A stretch of 64,000 bases of DNA from Phycisphaerales bacterium (GCA_045106075.1 JBGCEB010000014.1:25842-89841); one strand, 5' to 3'; counted from the stretch's first letter, positions 18,834 through 28,701 are shown. Numbers and translations are program-made. Notes: generated by a model from the letters alone, not told the origin.

Positions 18834-19783
18834 GAGCGCCCCTTCACCGTTGCGGTCACCACTCGGCCGGCCACGCGTTCACCGGGGGCAACGCGAGCGC
18901 CTGGACACACCACTGATCGCACCACGACCGCACCCTTACCGATCGATGCGCCGGCAAGTATCACCGAATCATGAATAACCGCATCCGGTGCGATGTCCGT
19001 GTTGGGCTCAACAACCCCGAATGAACGTTCCCATTCCTCACGGTAAGGATCTTCGTCAATCGTTGCATTGCTCAGTTGGCGGATTGCATCCAATCGGACA
19101 CCATTGAGATACTCGTTCACACTCCGAGTACGCAAGGCCGGTGATCGTTGACGCTCGATAACTCGGATGTCCCACTGCCCTCGCCAATCCAGCAAAGCCT
19201 GTTCCTTCAAATCCACATATCCGACGTCTCGAACGGTTTGAAGCGGTGCACACCTGAGCAACCATAACCCAACCGGCGTGCCATCCAATCCCGCGACCAT
19301 CGCTACATCGGCCTGTGTACGGAGCATGGACGTGATAAGTTCGTCCAACGGCTCACGAAACACCTGGGCGCCGTTGAGCACCACGACATAATCGTCCGGC
19401 CGATAGGCCTGCGTGGAATCGGCAAGCACCCCGGCCACGCCACGAATCGGGTTCACATCCCGCTCGACCCGGCATCGCAATGGGCCCACTGATTCATGAT
19501 CCCGCGGAACCTGCGATTCCGAATCGACCAAAAATCGAACCTCGAGTTCTTCGTGCCCGATACGACTTGCAAACTTCGCAGCCCCGGAAACATGCCGATC
19601 AGCAATGGTGCGTCCGTCGGCCATCGGAAGATCAACTAGAGATCGCCCAACTGATCGCGCCAGCGGAGTCTGTCGGACGGATCCTGTGAGCACAATGACA
19701 GATCGAACCCGACGCGCAATGTCTAAGCCCTTGGATGTTCCAATAGCAGAAGCCACTTCAGTCTCACCGCCTCTGTCTGGCAC
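18830..19783 (-). CDS. Nucleotidyltransferase-like protein with C-terminal left-handed beta-helix (degenerate sugar-1-P NTP-transferase fold)
   Basis: N-terminus VIVLTGSVRQTPLARSVGRSLVDLPM parallels LAGGxGTRLxPLTxxxPKxLxP but lacks GxGTR. C-terminus DIAPDAVIHDSVILAGASIGKGAVVVRSVVCPGARVAPGERV has hexapeptide repeats. GTG start; first gene of the operon. Confidence 0.55.
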   Translation of the reverse strand: MPDRGGETEVASAIGTSKGLDIARRVRSVIVLTGSVRQTPLARSVGRSLVDLPMADGRTIADRHVSGAAKFASRIGHEELEVRFLVDSESQVPRDHESVGPLRCRVERDVNPIRGVAGVLADSTQAYRPDDYVVVLNGAQVFREPLDELITSMLRTQADVAMVAGLDGTPVGLWLLRCAPLQTVRDVGYVDLKEQALLDWRGQWDIRVIERQRSPALRTRSVNEYLNGVRLDAIRQLSNATIDEDPYREEWERSFGVVEPNTDIAPDAVIHDSVILAGASIGKGAVVVRSVVCPGARVAPGERVAGRVVTATVKGRS

Positions 19784-20023
19784 GGGTACTCACGCTCCAT
19801 GTCCGCCACCGCCCCGCTCGTTCAAGCGGAAAAAACCGGTGCCGCAAACGGAAATCGGTCAGAAACCGGGCGATCTTTCACCTGTTCTGTGTGAGTCTAG
19901 AACTCCTGCGCGAAAGCTCCACGCGCAAAGAACGCGCCCTGCATTCTGCTTCAGGGGTTCACCGGGCTTGAGAAATCAGCCTGGGCGTATCGTGGATTCT
20001 CTTTCGGCGTTATTGGCCCAAGC

Positions 20024-20755
20024 TCAGACTGCCAGGCCAGGATCATCAAGGGTGACGAGATCTAACTCTTCCGTGGGTGCCATCGCCGCAATCGCCCCGG
20101 CATACCCCGTTGGCACTCTGAGTCGGCGGACCCACCAGACCGTCCCGGCCACCCGGGCCATATTCCAGCCCCAAAGCGATCGAATCTCGGCGCTCACCAT
20201 CGACGGACTCAAATGCAAACCCCGCCCATCTGCTTTCAGAAGAGCCTCAAACATGCACCAGCACATCATTTGGCGTTCGGTCGAATCCGGTATCTGCTCG
20301 ACCGCAGGCCCGACAATCCCTTCGATCGCCTGAGCAACTCCCTCTGAGTCATTCAGGGAGTACATGTGTTCAACATCAACACCCACTCGAACACCCGAAC
20401 CGACCGCTAACGCAACCAGTCCAGACGAATGCGAAGTGCTCAGATCGCTGGCTGTGCGTGGGATTCCGGCGGGCAAAGGCCGACCATACGGGGTCCGTTC
20501 AACCTCGACGAGCCTCGGCTCAGCTCCCATGATTCTCGCCGCTGCGTGTCTCCAAAGCCCACGCGAAAGCACCGCATCGAACCGATCTGATTCTCGGGCC
20601 AGACGCTGGATGTCCTCATGTTCCTCTGCCGTGAGCACACCCTGGAAGGTCGATGCCCAGTTTTCATCCGCCCGGGCAAACCATATGCGAACCCCCTCGT
20701 TCTTGGGTATATCAAGCCGAAGATTGGTCACAGACTTGGTCAGAGGCTCCATCAT
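20024..20755 (-). CDS. 4'-phosphopantetheinyl transferase (Sfp-type)
   Basis: VGVDVEHM (Mg-binding GxD.E motif) and WCMFEALLKADGRGL (W-x-x-KEA-x-x-K-type motif). AGGAG lies 6 nt before ATG 20755. Confidence 0.75.
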   Translation of the reverse strand: MMEPLTKSVTNLRLDIPKNEGVRIWFARADENWASTFQGVLTAEEHEDIQRLARESDRFDAVLSRGLWRHAAARIMGAEPRLVEVERTPYGRPLPAGIPRTASDLSTSHSSGLVALAVGSGVRVGVDVEHMYSLNDSEGVAQAIEGIVGPAVEQIPDSTERQMMCWCMFEALLKADGRGLHLSPSMVSAEIRSLWGWNMARVAGTVWWVRRLRVPTGYAGAIAAMAPTEELDLVTLDDPGLAV

Positions 20756-20796
20756 ACTTCGCTCCTGGCCGCACCCGTGAATGAAACTGGAAACAC

Positions 20797-21504
20797 TCAA
20801 CGTACCCGGAACGTCCAAGTACGAACCTGACGGTCCGGCTCTTCCGGATTGGCAGCTCGTCCATGGAGTGTCAGCGTAACTTGTGTGTCAGGCTCAAACT
20901 CGAGCTTAATCGGAGCAAACAAGCTCTCTCCACCGGTCAAGTGGCCAACATCATCGCTTTGGTACCGGTCCTGCATCGCAACGGCGCCATCGAACGCGAA
21001 CAGCTCGCCCTCGACAACTTCAAAGTCGACATCAGACTGCACCAGTTCGGCACCCCAGATGAAAACAGTACGCCCGATCACCATCGCTGAGATGCCCGCA
21101 TCAAAGAAGCGAACGTCCTGTCCGCCGGTTGCGGCAGAATCGTCATAGCGAGGGGAACCCAATGTAGAGACGCGCTGGGCATCATTATTGCGATCGGATC
21201 GAGCGTTGCTCGAGCTGCTAGACCGACTCGAACTACGACTGCGACGCTTCTTCTTTGCGTCGCCGATCCCATAACTGATCACCGATCCGTCAGGAAGCAT
21301 CCGCCGGACCGCACGCGGACGGCTGTCAGTGGTTCTTGATGGCTGCGCCTTTTCCTCAACCTCGACCTTTCGGCCGTTGGGCATGTTGACCACGACGGTC
21401 ACGGTTTCTTCCGCACCTTCGGGCTCTTCTGCGATCGCAGCCGGCGCTCCCGCTGCAACCACAAGGGCGGCCAAGATTCCAAGAGCAGTCTTATCCATTC
21501 GCAT
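20797..21504 (-). CDS. Hypothetical secreted protein with Ser/Arg-rich linker
   Basis: Signal peptide MRMDKTALGILAALVVAAGAPAAIA. Central KKKRRSRSSSRSSSSSNARSDRNND low-complexity region. No family recognised. Confidence 0.5.
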   Translation of the reverse strand: MRMDKTALGILAALVVAAGAPAAIAEEPEGAEETVTVVVNMPNGRKVEVEEKAQPSRTTDSRPRAVRRMLPDGSVISYGIGDAKKKRRSRSSSRSSSSSNARSDRNNDAQRVSTLGSPRYDDSAATGGQDVRFFDAGISAMVIGRTVFIWGAELVQSDVDFEVVEGELFAFDGAVAMQDRYQSDDVGHLTGGESLFAPIKLEFEPDTQVTLTLHGRAANPEEPDRQVRTWTFRVR

Positions 21505-21697
21505 GACTTCCTCCAACCTCTCGTCGCCAAAGCCGAAACCCGACTGTTTGGGGCGACAAACTGAGTCTCCGAAACGAAAGAGACCCTGTCGAGTCAACCC
21601 AGGCAACTTGCCGCACCGGGTGACGGTCGCGCCGATCGCGCGGGTCCGATACCAATGCCAAATATCTGGCAGTCAGCCCAAAGTCGATCAACCATGT

Positions 21698-21724
21698 AAA
21701 AACGCACCCTTTCCGGGTGCGTTT
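21698..21724 (-). terminator. Rho-independent terminator after the MCP gene
   Basis: Stem aaacgcaccc/gggtgcgttt with loop tttcc. On the minus strand the stem runs into a T tract (gggtgcgttttt). Confidence 0.7.
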
Positions 21725-21749
21725 AAGAAGGGGCTACATTGAACTGGCC

Positions 21750-23537
21750 TCAATCGATATTGAATCGACGGACAAGGGACTGCAACTGCTCTGCCTGAAC
21801 CGCAAGATCTCCCGCGGCCTGCACCGCTTGACCTGCCCCCTCAGAGGATTCACGCGTGACCGCATTGATCCCCTCGACCGCACGAGCAATCTCTCCAGAA
21901 GCTGCTGACTGCTCCTCCGCAGCGGCCGCGATGCCACGCACCATCGATTGCAACGACTGCGAGCTTTCCACGATTGTCGTCAGGGCACGCCCTGCACTCG
22001 ACGCGAGCTCAACACCTTGGTCGACCCGTTCCGTGCCTGCTTCGATTCTCTTGACGGCACTCTTAGTTTCGCCTTGGATACCGCGGATCGACTGCGACAC
22101 TTCTTCGGTGGCTTGCTGTGTACGTTCGGCGAGCTTTCTCACTTCATCGGCTACCACCGCGAAACCACGCCCGTGCTCGCCCGCGCGCGCCGCCTCGATC
22201 GCAGCGTTCAGCGCCAGCAAGTTGGTCTGATCAGCAATATCGTTGATCACACCGATGATCTCACCAATAGTCTCTGATTGTTGGCCAAGCGAGTTCACGG
22301 TCTGCGCGGATGCGTTCACTTCGACAGCAATGCCTTGCATGGTCTCAACCGTACCTGTCACGATCTGCCCACCCTCTTCGGCGAGTTGCTGGCTTTCTTC
22401 TGCAGCAGCGGATGCGTCTGCTGATTTGCCTGCAACTTCCGACACGGAGTGTGACATCTCCTCGACGGCCGCTGCGACTTGCTGAGTCTTTTCTTCTTGC
22501 AAACGCAAGCCTGAAGACATCTGTTCAGCAGATGAAGCGATCTCGTTTGATGCAGACGCCACCCGATCGGATGAACCCCGCACTTCAGAAACGATTGAGC
22601 CTAGATTGACAAGGAAGTCATTAAATCGCTTCCCAAGATCCCCCATCTCGTCGTTGCTTCGCACGTCGACACGCTGAGTCAGATCGCCGTCCCCCGCAAA
22701 CTTCATGACCTCCACTAGGCGAGAAACGGGACGCCCAAGAAGCAAGCGCACGACGTAGTACATACCACCGCCGGCCAGACAGATAATCGGCAATGTGAAA
22801 ACGAGTCCATTCGTGAAGAAACCCGCAACCTGCGCATCCATCGTATCAAGAGGCATCTGAACTTCGTATGCGCCATGCATGTACCCGACCGGCCAAGACT
22901 CCATCCGAAATCCCAACACGTCTTTCCCATCAACGTATCCGTTTTCATCGGGAGTATCGTAGATCGCGGGATCGCCGTGGCAGGACATGCAAGACTCATT
23001 CAACTGAATTGCACGCATGTAGTGCAGCGTATTCGTTTCTTCGTTGATCCGAGAAAGAGACTGATTCCCGTCAAGCTTGAACTGCTTGGTCAGGTCATTG
23101 ATCATGACGTCACGAAATCCACCGGCCTCGGGCGCATTGTCCGGGTTTCTTGCTTCGAGAGCCACCATGCTAAAGTGAACACCTTCTTTTTCAGCAGCTT
23201 CGGCCGCGTTATGCCACCCAACGATGACTGGAATCGAAGAAAAGAACCTCGTCTCGGAGTAGTGACCCCCTTCTTCAATGAACTCCAAAGCTTCTGAAAT
23301 GAGCTCGTCTGTGTTGACTTCACCTCGAACCATTTTCTCTGATGCATTTTGTTGCGCCGCGTCAGCAACAGCAGTCATCGCAGAAGCTTTCTCTACAAGA
23401 GCCGTCTGAATATCCGTCTTGTAGCCAGATAAAAACACAATGTAGTTCACCGTGAAAACTGCGATGAGGACGACGATCGCTGCACCAGTAATTTTCGTGC
23501 CGATTCCGAAACTCAATCGTTCGCGCTTGCCAGACAT
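21750..23537 (-). CDS. Methyl-accepting chemotaxis protein with a c-type-haem (CxxCH) periplasmic sensor domain and HAMP
   Basis: TM1 ([15 protein letters not shown]); periplasmic domain with [11 protein letters not shown]; TM2; HAMP; highly conserved signalling hairpin ...[40 protein letters not shown]. Confidence 0.9.
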   Translation of the reverse strand: MSGKRERLSFGIGTKITGAAIVVLIAVFTVNYIVFLSGYKTDIQTALVEKASAMTAVADAAQQNASEKMVRGEVNTDELISEALEFIEEGGHYSETRFFSSIPVIVGWHNAAEAAEKEGVHFSMVALEARNPDNAPEAGGFRDVMINDLTKQFKLDGNQSLSRINEETNTLHYMRAIQLNESCMSCHGDPAIYDTPDENGYVDGKDVLGFRMESWPVGYMHGAYEVQMPLDTMDAQVAGFFTNGLVFTLPIICLAGGGMYYVVRLLLGRPVSRLVEVMKFAGDGDLTQRVDVRSNDEMGDLGKRFNDFLVNLGSIVSEVRGSSDRVASASNEIASSAEQMSSGLRLQEEKTQQVAAAVEEMSHSVSEVAGKSADASAAAEESQQLAEEGGQIVTGTVETMQGIAVEVNASAQTVNSLGQQSETIGEIIGVINDIADQTNLLALNAAIEAARAGEHGRGFAVVADEVRKLAERTQQATEEVSQSIRGIQGETKSAVKRIEAGTERVDQGVELASSAGRALTTIVESSQSLQSMVRGIAAAAEEQSAASGEIARAVEGINAVTRESSEGAGQAVQAAGDLAVQAEQLQSLVRRFNID

Positions 23538-23723
23538 GCGTTGCTCCCGAACTATGCCGCCCGCATCGTTGCGCAGACGAAAACCATGCAAACCCACGCC
23601 GTCACACGACGGATCACGGCATCTGCCGGTACCACGGATCGGATGACGAACACGTGAAATCGATTGCTTTGTTTCGAAGCCATAGGCACGTGGCAGTGAA
23701 GCAGCAAACTGCTCAAATCTGAG

Positions 23724-24896
23724 TCAGTTCTCAATCTCCAAGCCCAAACGGGCCAGCGGAACAACACCGCCCACATGGATCCGCTCTGTATCACTGCCGC
23801 GAAGCAAAGCGATCAGGTCCCGGATCTCTTGGCGTGGAGGCGCTGTGTTTACGAGCGGCTGACCCGACATCGGATGCTCGAACGCCAAGAGCGCCGCGTG
23901 CAACGCCTGCCTCTCAAGAAGAGAGCCGTCTGAGAGCTCGTGCGGACGTCCGCCATACATGTCATCGCCGACGATCGAATGATTGAGATACGAAAGATGC
24001 ACGCGGATCTGATGCGTGCGGCCGGTCTTGAGTTCCAACTCAGCAAGCGTGAACTTTCGGCCGTCATCAAGCGTGTATCGCTCACGAACTCGACAAATCG
24101 TCACCGAAGGTTTTCCAAGATCGTCGTGCCGAACAACACGTTTTTCACGCATGCCCTTTGCTTTCGACTGATGCGGCCCGAGCGGTAGATCGATCACTTG
24201 CATGTCATCATGCACATGCCCATGAACGACCGCGAGGTAACGCTTATCGACGCTTCGCTCTTCAAACTGGCGACCAATCTTCCAGTGAGCTTCCTCAGTC
24301 TTGGCAAAGACGATGCAGCCAGATGTGTTTCGATCGAGCCGGTGCACGACACCTGGGCGAGCAAACTCTTCTCCGACCGGAGATAGCTCCCCGCCGCTGA
24401 GATTTTGGAAACGCCACGCAAGCGCGTTGATCATCGTGCCCGACAACTCAGAGCGTGCAGGATGCACGATGATGTCTGCTGACTTGTTGAGCACGATGAG
24501 ATGCTCATCTTCGTACAAGACTTCGAGCGGAATCTCTTCAGGAACGACCTCTCCCGAAGGCGGCGGGGGAATGATGAGCTCGACAACATCTCCGCCACGG
24601 AGCTTGGTTGATGCCTTCGCCGGCTTCCCATTGACCGCGGCACCACCCGAATCTATGAGACGCTGCAATCCACTGCGGCTCATGAACGCGATGCGCGAGA
24701 CGAGATACTTGTCGAGGCGTGATTTCAAATCACGTTGGAGTTCAAACCGAACCCGTGCCAGAAAATCATCGTCGCCGTCTGCCCGAGCACGTTCATAAGC
24801 GGCTCGCACAGCGTCGGGATCGACTTTACCGCCGGGTTGAACCAGCGGATCTGCCTTGCCTGGTTCGGCCGCGCCTTGCGTCGCCTCGGCATCCAT
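23724..24896 (-). CDS. rluD: RluA-family 23S rRNA pseudouridine synthase (RluD-like, with S4 domain)
   Basis: S4-like RLDKYLVSRIAFMSRSGLQRLI. Catalytic motif HRLDRNTSGCIVFAKT. C-terminal GRTHQIRVHL. ATG 24896 is preferred over the TTG at 24905. Confidence 0.85.
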   Translation of the reverse strand: MDAEATQGAAEPGKADPLVQPGGKVDPDAVRAAYERARADGDDDFLARVRFELQRDLKSRLDKYLVSRIAFMSRSGLQRLIDSGGAAVNGKPAKASTKLRGGDVVELIIPPPPSGEVVPEEIPLEVLYEDEHLIVLNKSADIIVHPARSELSGTMINALAWRFQNLSGGELSPVGEEFARPGVVHRLDRNTSGCIVFAKTEEAHWKIGRQFEERSVDKRYLAVVHGHVHDDMQVIDLPLGPHQSKAKGMREKRVVRHDDLGKPSVTICRVRERYTLDDGRKFTLAELELKTGRTHQIRVHLSYLNHSIVGDDMYGGRPHELSDGSLLERQALHAALLAFEHPMSGQPLVNTAPPRQEIRDLIALLRGSDTERIHVGGVVPLARLGLEIEN

Positions 24897-24901
24897 GCGG
24901 T

Positions 24902-25777
24902 TCAACCCGCAGGATCGGTGCCGGAGCCTGCCGACGAGCCCGCATCATCTGCGGGAGCAGGATCAGCGGGAGCAGGATCAGCGGTTTCTTCTTCATCCAG
25001 ATTAGCGTCGGGATCGATGACTTCAGGAAGGTTGAACTCACCAGTCGATTCGATCTCCGAGACTTCCTCGCCCGGGAGCGGCAGAAGTTCCGAAGACGAC
25101 GGAAGCTGGAGATCCAATACGATCGAATCGACCGCCTCGGCCCGGCTCTTTGCGAGCTGCTCGAGCACGGGGTAACCGGCGAGACTGGCGAGATCTGCCG
25201 CGGAGGCATAGCTCGCCTTGGCTTCACTCGCAGACCCGAGCCCTTCTTGAGCAGCTGCGAGACGCATCCACGCTTGCATCGCGATGACGTTTTTACCTTC
25301 ATCCGTTCCGACCAGATCAAGAATCTGACGGCTGATGTCGGCTGACTGAGAGAGATAGCTCTTCGCGCGAGCTTCATCGAGCTCGTCGGTTTCGGAAACC
25401 GGCCGTCCGGTTTCCGGGTCAATCTCCGACCCAGGCTCAACGCCAGCGATCGCGGATCGCAGGTAGATATCAGCGGTCCGCAACAAGGCGAGTTCGGGAA
25501 CAGAGCCAACACCATCAAACTCGGTGGCGATGTTTCGGAGAGTTGCCGGCGAAGGGCTTCCGCCCGACATCGCTTCGGTGAGCGACGAATAGGCCTGGTT
25601 GGTCCGCTCGATGCGCCGTTCTTTGAGGAACCGCATCCCCCACCACGCCCCGCCGACCAAAACGAGCAGCCAAAGGACAGGCGTGCTCCATTTGGTGATG
25701 AAGTCGATGAAGTCTTGGTTGAGGCGGGATTCGTCGAGCCCCGCTCCGGAACGGATTTGTGTCTGGCGATCGTCCAT
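24902..25777 (-). CDS. Membrane-anchored TPR-like protein (YfgM-like architecture) with acidic Pro/Ala/Asp repeat tail
   Basis: Short cytoplasmic N-terminus, one TM (VLWLLVLVGGAWWG), helical domain, and C-terminal ...ADPAPADPAPADDAGSS. The assignment rests on architecture only. Confidence 0.4.
   Translation of the reverse strand: MDDRQTQIRSGAGLDESRLNQDFIDFITKWSTPVLWLLVLVGGAWWGMRFLKERRIERTNQAYSSLTEAMSGGSPSPATLRNIATEFDGVGSVPELALLRTADIYLRSAIAGVEPGSEIDPETGRPVSETDELDEARAKSYLSQSADISRQILDLVGTDEGKNVIAMQAWMRLAAAQEGLGSASEAKASYASAADLASLAGYPVLEQLAKSRAEAVDSIVLDLQLPSSSELLPLPGEEVSEIESTGEFNLPEVIDPDANLDEEETADPAPADPAPADDAGSSAGSGTDPAG
24951..24984. repeat. 15-nt tandem repeat (2.3 copies) inside a CDS
   Basis: gcgggagcaggatca gcgggagcaggatca gcgg encodes the PADPA-PADPA tail of the 24902-25777 protein. 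Confidence 0.8.
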
Positions 25778-25796
25778 AAGAATAGATGATAGCGCG

Positions 25797-25829
25797 AAAA
25801 CGGGCGGGCTCTCGCTTGAACCCGCCCGT
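25797..25829 (-). terminator. Rho-independent terminator after glnN
   Basis: Stem acgggcggg/cccgcccgt with a 12-nt loop. On the minus strand it is followed by tttt. Confidence 0.65.
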
Positions 25830-25863
25830 CAAAGTTGCATATTTCGCATTGGATGCCGGAACG

Positions 25864-28065
25864 CTAGCGGATCGAAAGCAACTCGCGATAGGTCGGCATC
25901 GGCCAGAGGTCCGAAGAAACCAGTTCCTCGAGTTCATCACCGAGTTCCCGCAGGTCTTCCATGGCGGCAAAGACGGAGTCTCGGACGTACCGAGCCGCTT
26001 TGAATGGATCCGAGTGCGGGGTACTTTCCATCGATTCTTCAAGCTTCGCTATCTGAGAACGGAAGCGGGCTGCGAGATCCGCGACTTCTTCGAGTGCTTC
26101 GCGAGTATCGCTGGCATCGATACCCGCCCCCTCGGTCGCCGCTGTCGACTCTGCAAGCCGCCTCTGGTACTCGATCGCTGCGGGATAAATCATCTGCCGG
26201 GCCATCTGAACCATGGTCTCTGCTTCGATCTGCAAACGCGTGACATAGGTCTCTGCGAAGATCTCTGCGCGGGAGTCAAGCTCGGCCTTGCTTAGCACCT
26301 TGAACTTGCGGAACACGCCGCGGGCCTTCGCGGTCTGGAATGCAGGAATCGCATCAGGTGTGGACCTGAGGTTCGGCAAGCCGCGGCGTGCCGCCTCGTC
26401 CTGCCATTCCTGAGAATAACCGTCACCGTTAAACACGACCCGCTTGTGCTCCTTGACGACATCCTTCAATACTGACCGGACCGCTTTTTCGAGCTGTGCT
26501 TCACTCGGATTGCTCTTAATCTTGCTCTCAATCTCTGATGCAATCGCATCAAGCGACTCAGAAACGATCGTGTTGATCACCGTGTTCGGCCAGGCAACCG
26601 AAGCTGTCGAACCGACTGCACGCAGCTCAAACTTATTGCCGGTAAACGCGAACGGACTCGTCCGGTTTCGATCACCCGAGTCCCGTGCCAACATCGGCAA
26701 TGTGCGAGAACCCAAGTCCAACTGACCCCCCTTGAGTGTGCGGCTCGTCGCACCCTTTTCGAGTTGCTCGATCAGATCGGTCAGCATGTCGCCCAAGAAG
26801 ATGGAAATGATCGCCGGCGGCGCTTCGTTGGCGCCCAGGCGGTGGTCATTGCCCGCAGTGGCAATCGTCGCACGGAGCATGTCCGCATGGGTGTCAACCG
26901 CCCGGATGACCGCACACAGGAACACCATGAACTGAAGGTTCGTGTGGGTATCGTCCTGCGGATCAAGCAGGTTGATGCCTGTATCGGTTGCGAGCGCCCA
27001 GTTATTGTGCTTACCCGAGCCGTTCACACCTGCAAAGGGCTTTTCGTGCAGAATACAAGCAAATCCGTACCGACCAGCGACCCGCTTGAGGGTTTCCATC
27101 GTGACCATTTGATGGTCGCACGCGATGTTGGTTGATTCAAAGAGTGGCGCAATTTCGAACTGACCCGGCGCGACTTCGTTGTGTCGTGTCATGACAGGAA
27201 CGCCAAGCCGGAACATTTCTGCTTCTGCCTCTGCCATGAAACCAAGCACTCGCCCGGGAATCGCACCAAAGTAGTGATCGTCGAGCTGCTGGTGCTTGGG
27301 TGGCTTCGAACCAAACAAGGTGCGATCGCACGTCGCGAGGTCTGGACGGGCAAAGTACAAGTTTCGGTCGATCAAGAAATACTCTTGCTCGGCGCCGAGC
27401 GTTGAGCCAACCGAGGTCACGCCTTCATCGGTTCCGAACAGCTTGAGGATGCGCATCGCTTGGGTGTTGAGCGCGTCGATCGAACGCAGCAATGGAGTTT
27501 TTTTATCGAGCGCTTCACCATTCCAAGAAACAAACGCCGTGGGAATGCAAAGGGTCGCGTAGTTCAAGCCTCGAGAGATGAACGCAGGCGAGGTCGGGTC
27601 CCACGCGGTGTAGCCGCGAGCTTCGAATGTCGCTCGGAGACCGCCAGAGGGAAAGCTCGACGCATCGGGCTCACCTTGCACGAGGTTCGTTCCAGAGAGC
27701 TGGAACACCACGCCGCCCTCGCCATCGGGGATTGACAAACCATCGTGCTTTTCAGCCGTCAGTCCGGTCATGGGCTGGAACCAGTGCGTGTAGTGCGTCG
27801 CACCACGCTCGATGGCCCAGTCTTTCATCGCGGTCGCGATGACATCGGCATCGATCGAGCTCAAGCGGGCCCCCTGCTCCATTGCCGCGACCACGGACTT
27901 GAATGTGCCCTTTGGCAGTCGCTCGCGCATCTTGCGCAAGTCGAACACGTCGATCCCGAAGATTTCATCGATCCTGTCTGATCCCCCCTTTTTGGACGCA
28001 GACTGATGCTGCCATTTGGTCGAAGCAGCAACGGCCTGAGCGTGTGGGTCGGTCGAGTTGAGCAT
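25864..28065 (-). CDS. glnN: Glutamine synthetase type III
   Basis: 733 aa from ATG 28065 (AAGGAG 7 nt upstream). N-terminus ...[27 protein letters not shown]... and core ...[15 protein letters not shown]...[19 protein letters not shown]... fit the GSIII size and motifs. Confidence 0.9.
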   Translation of the reverse strand: MLNSTDPHAQAVAASTKWQHQSASKKGGSDRIDEIFGIDVFDLRKMRERLPKGTFKSVVAAMEQGARLSSIDADVIATAMKDWAIERGATHYTHWFQPMTGLTAEKHDGLSIPDGEGGVVFQLSGTNLVQGEPDASSFPSGGLRATFEARGYTAWDPTSPAFISRGLNYATLCIPTAFVSWNGEALDKKTPLLRSIDALNTQAMRILKLFGTDEGVTSVGSTLGAEQEYFLIDRNLYFARPDLATCDRTLFGSKPPKHQQLDDHYFGAIPGRVLGFMAEAEAEMFRLGVPVMTRHNEVAPGQFEIAPLFESTNIACDHQMVTMETLKRVAGRYGFACILHEKPFAGVNGSGKHNNWALATDTGINLLDPQDDTHTNLQFMVFLCAVIRAVDTHADMLRATIATAGNDHRLGANEAPPAIISIFLGDMLTDLIEQLEKGATSRTLKGGQLDLGSRTLPMLARDSGDRNRTSPFAFTGNKFELRAVGSTASVAWPNTVINTIVSESLDAIASEIESKIKSNPSEAQLEKAVRSVLKDVVKEHKRVVFNGDGYSQEWQDEAARRGLPNLRSTPDAIPAFQTAKARGVFRKFKVLSKAELDSRAEIFAETYVTRLQIEAETMVQMARQMIYPAAIEYQRRLAESTAATEGAGIDASDTREALEEVADLAARFRSQIAKLEESMESTPHSDPFKAARYVRDSVFAAMEDLRELGDELEELVSSDLWPMPTYRELLSIR

Positions 28066-28161
28066 CCGGGATCTCCTTGGCGAAAGCACTTGCGTAAACC
28101 ACAAGCGGACATCATACCGCTCTCGGACGGATCGTTCACGCCCGACATGCTCTGGGCAAGC

Positions 28162-28178
28162 TTCAATTCATGATTGAA
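28162..28178. promoter_or_regulatory. Perfect inverted repeat TTCAAT-N5-ATTGAA; candidate Fur-family operator in the glnN/fur divergent region
   Basis: ttcaattcatgattgaa lies 20 nt upstream of the ATG (28198) of the Fur-family gene. It is A/T-rich like Fur/Zur/PerR boxes. Confidence 0.4.
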
Positions 28179-28197
28179 CAACCTATCCTGCCGTTCC

Positions 28198-28575
28198 ATG
28201 GACCGCTCGACCCGTCAACGTGATGCCATCCGGGCCGCCTTCACCCCAGAAGGCAGGCCCTTAACCCCCAAAGAGATCCAAGATCACGCCGATCGGGAAG
28301 CTCCGGGAGTTTCCTTGGCAACAATCTACCGAACCGTTAAATCGCTCGAGGAGCAGGGCGAGATCGTCCGAGTGGAACTCCCCGGCGAACCGGCAAGGTA
28401 CGAACTTGCTGGAAAAGAGCACCATCACCACTTCCGCTGCGACGATTGCGGACGCGCGTTCGAGATATACGGCTGCCCCGGAGGCATCACCAAACTCGCT
28501 CCGCCCGGATTCGAAGTAACCCGACACGAGATTACGTTGTTTGGTTTGTGCGACCGCTGCGCGAAAGCCGGATAG
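28198..28575 (+). CDS. Fur-family metalloregulator (Fur/Zur/PerR type)
   Basis: RQRDAIRAAF...LTPKEIQ...VSLATIYRTVKSLEEQGEIVRV (wHTH). HHHHFRCDDCGRAF and LFGLCDRC give two CxxC pairs plus a His cluster. Confidence 0.85.
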   Translation: MDRSTRQRDAIRAAFTPEGRPLTPKEIQDHADREAPGVSLATIYRTVKSLEEQGEIVRVELPGEPARYELAGKEHHHHFRCDDCGRAFEIYGCPGGITKLAPPGFEVTRHEITLFGLCDRCAKAG

Positions 28576-28618
28576 TCTGTTCATGCCTTGATCGCATCCG
28601 CGAAGTTGCATCCAAGCC

Positions 28619-28701
28619 GGGCCCGTGGCGGAATGGCAGACGCAGCGGCCTTAAAAGCCGCGTCTCGAAAGGGAGTGAGGGTTCGAGTCCCTCCGGGCCT
28701 A
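28619..28701 (+). tRNA. tRNA-Leu (anticodon UAA)
   Basis: Hand-folded. Acceptor GGGCCCG/CGGGCCT (G1-U72 wobble), D-arm GCG-GAATGGCAGA-CGC, anticodon stem GCGGC/GCCGC with loop CTTAAAA, long variable arm GTCTCGAAAGGGAGT, T-arm GAGGG-TTCGAGT-CCCTC, discriminator A. CCA is not encoded. Confidence 0.9.

Noticed and set aside
19605-20333. 242-aa plus-strand ORF bridging the operon start, the intergenic region and the PPTase gene
   Set aside because: It overlaps two motif-supported minus-strand genes and an intergenic region. P/S/R-rich translation.
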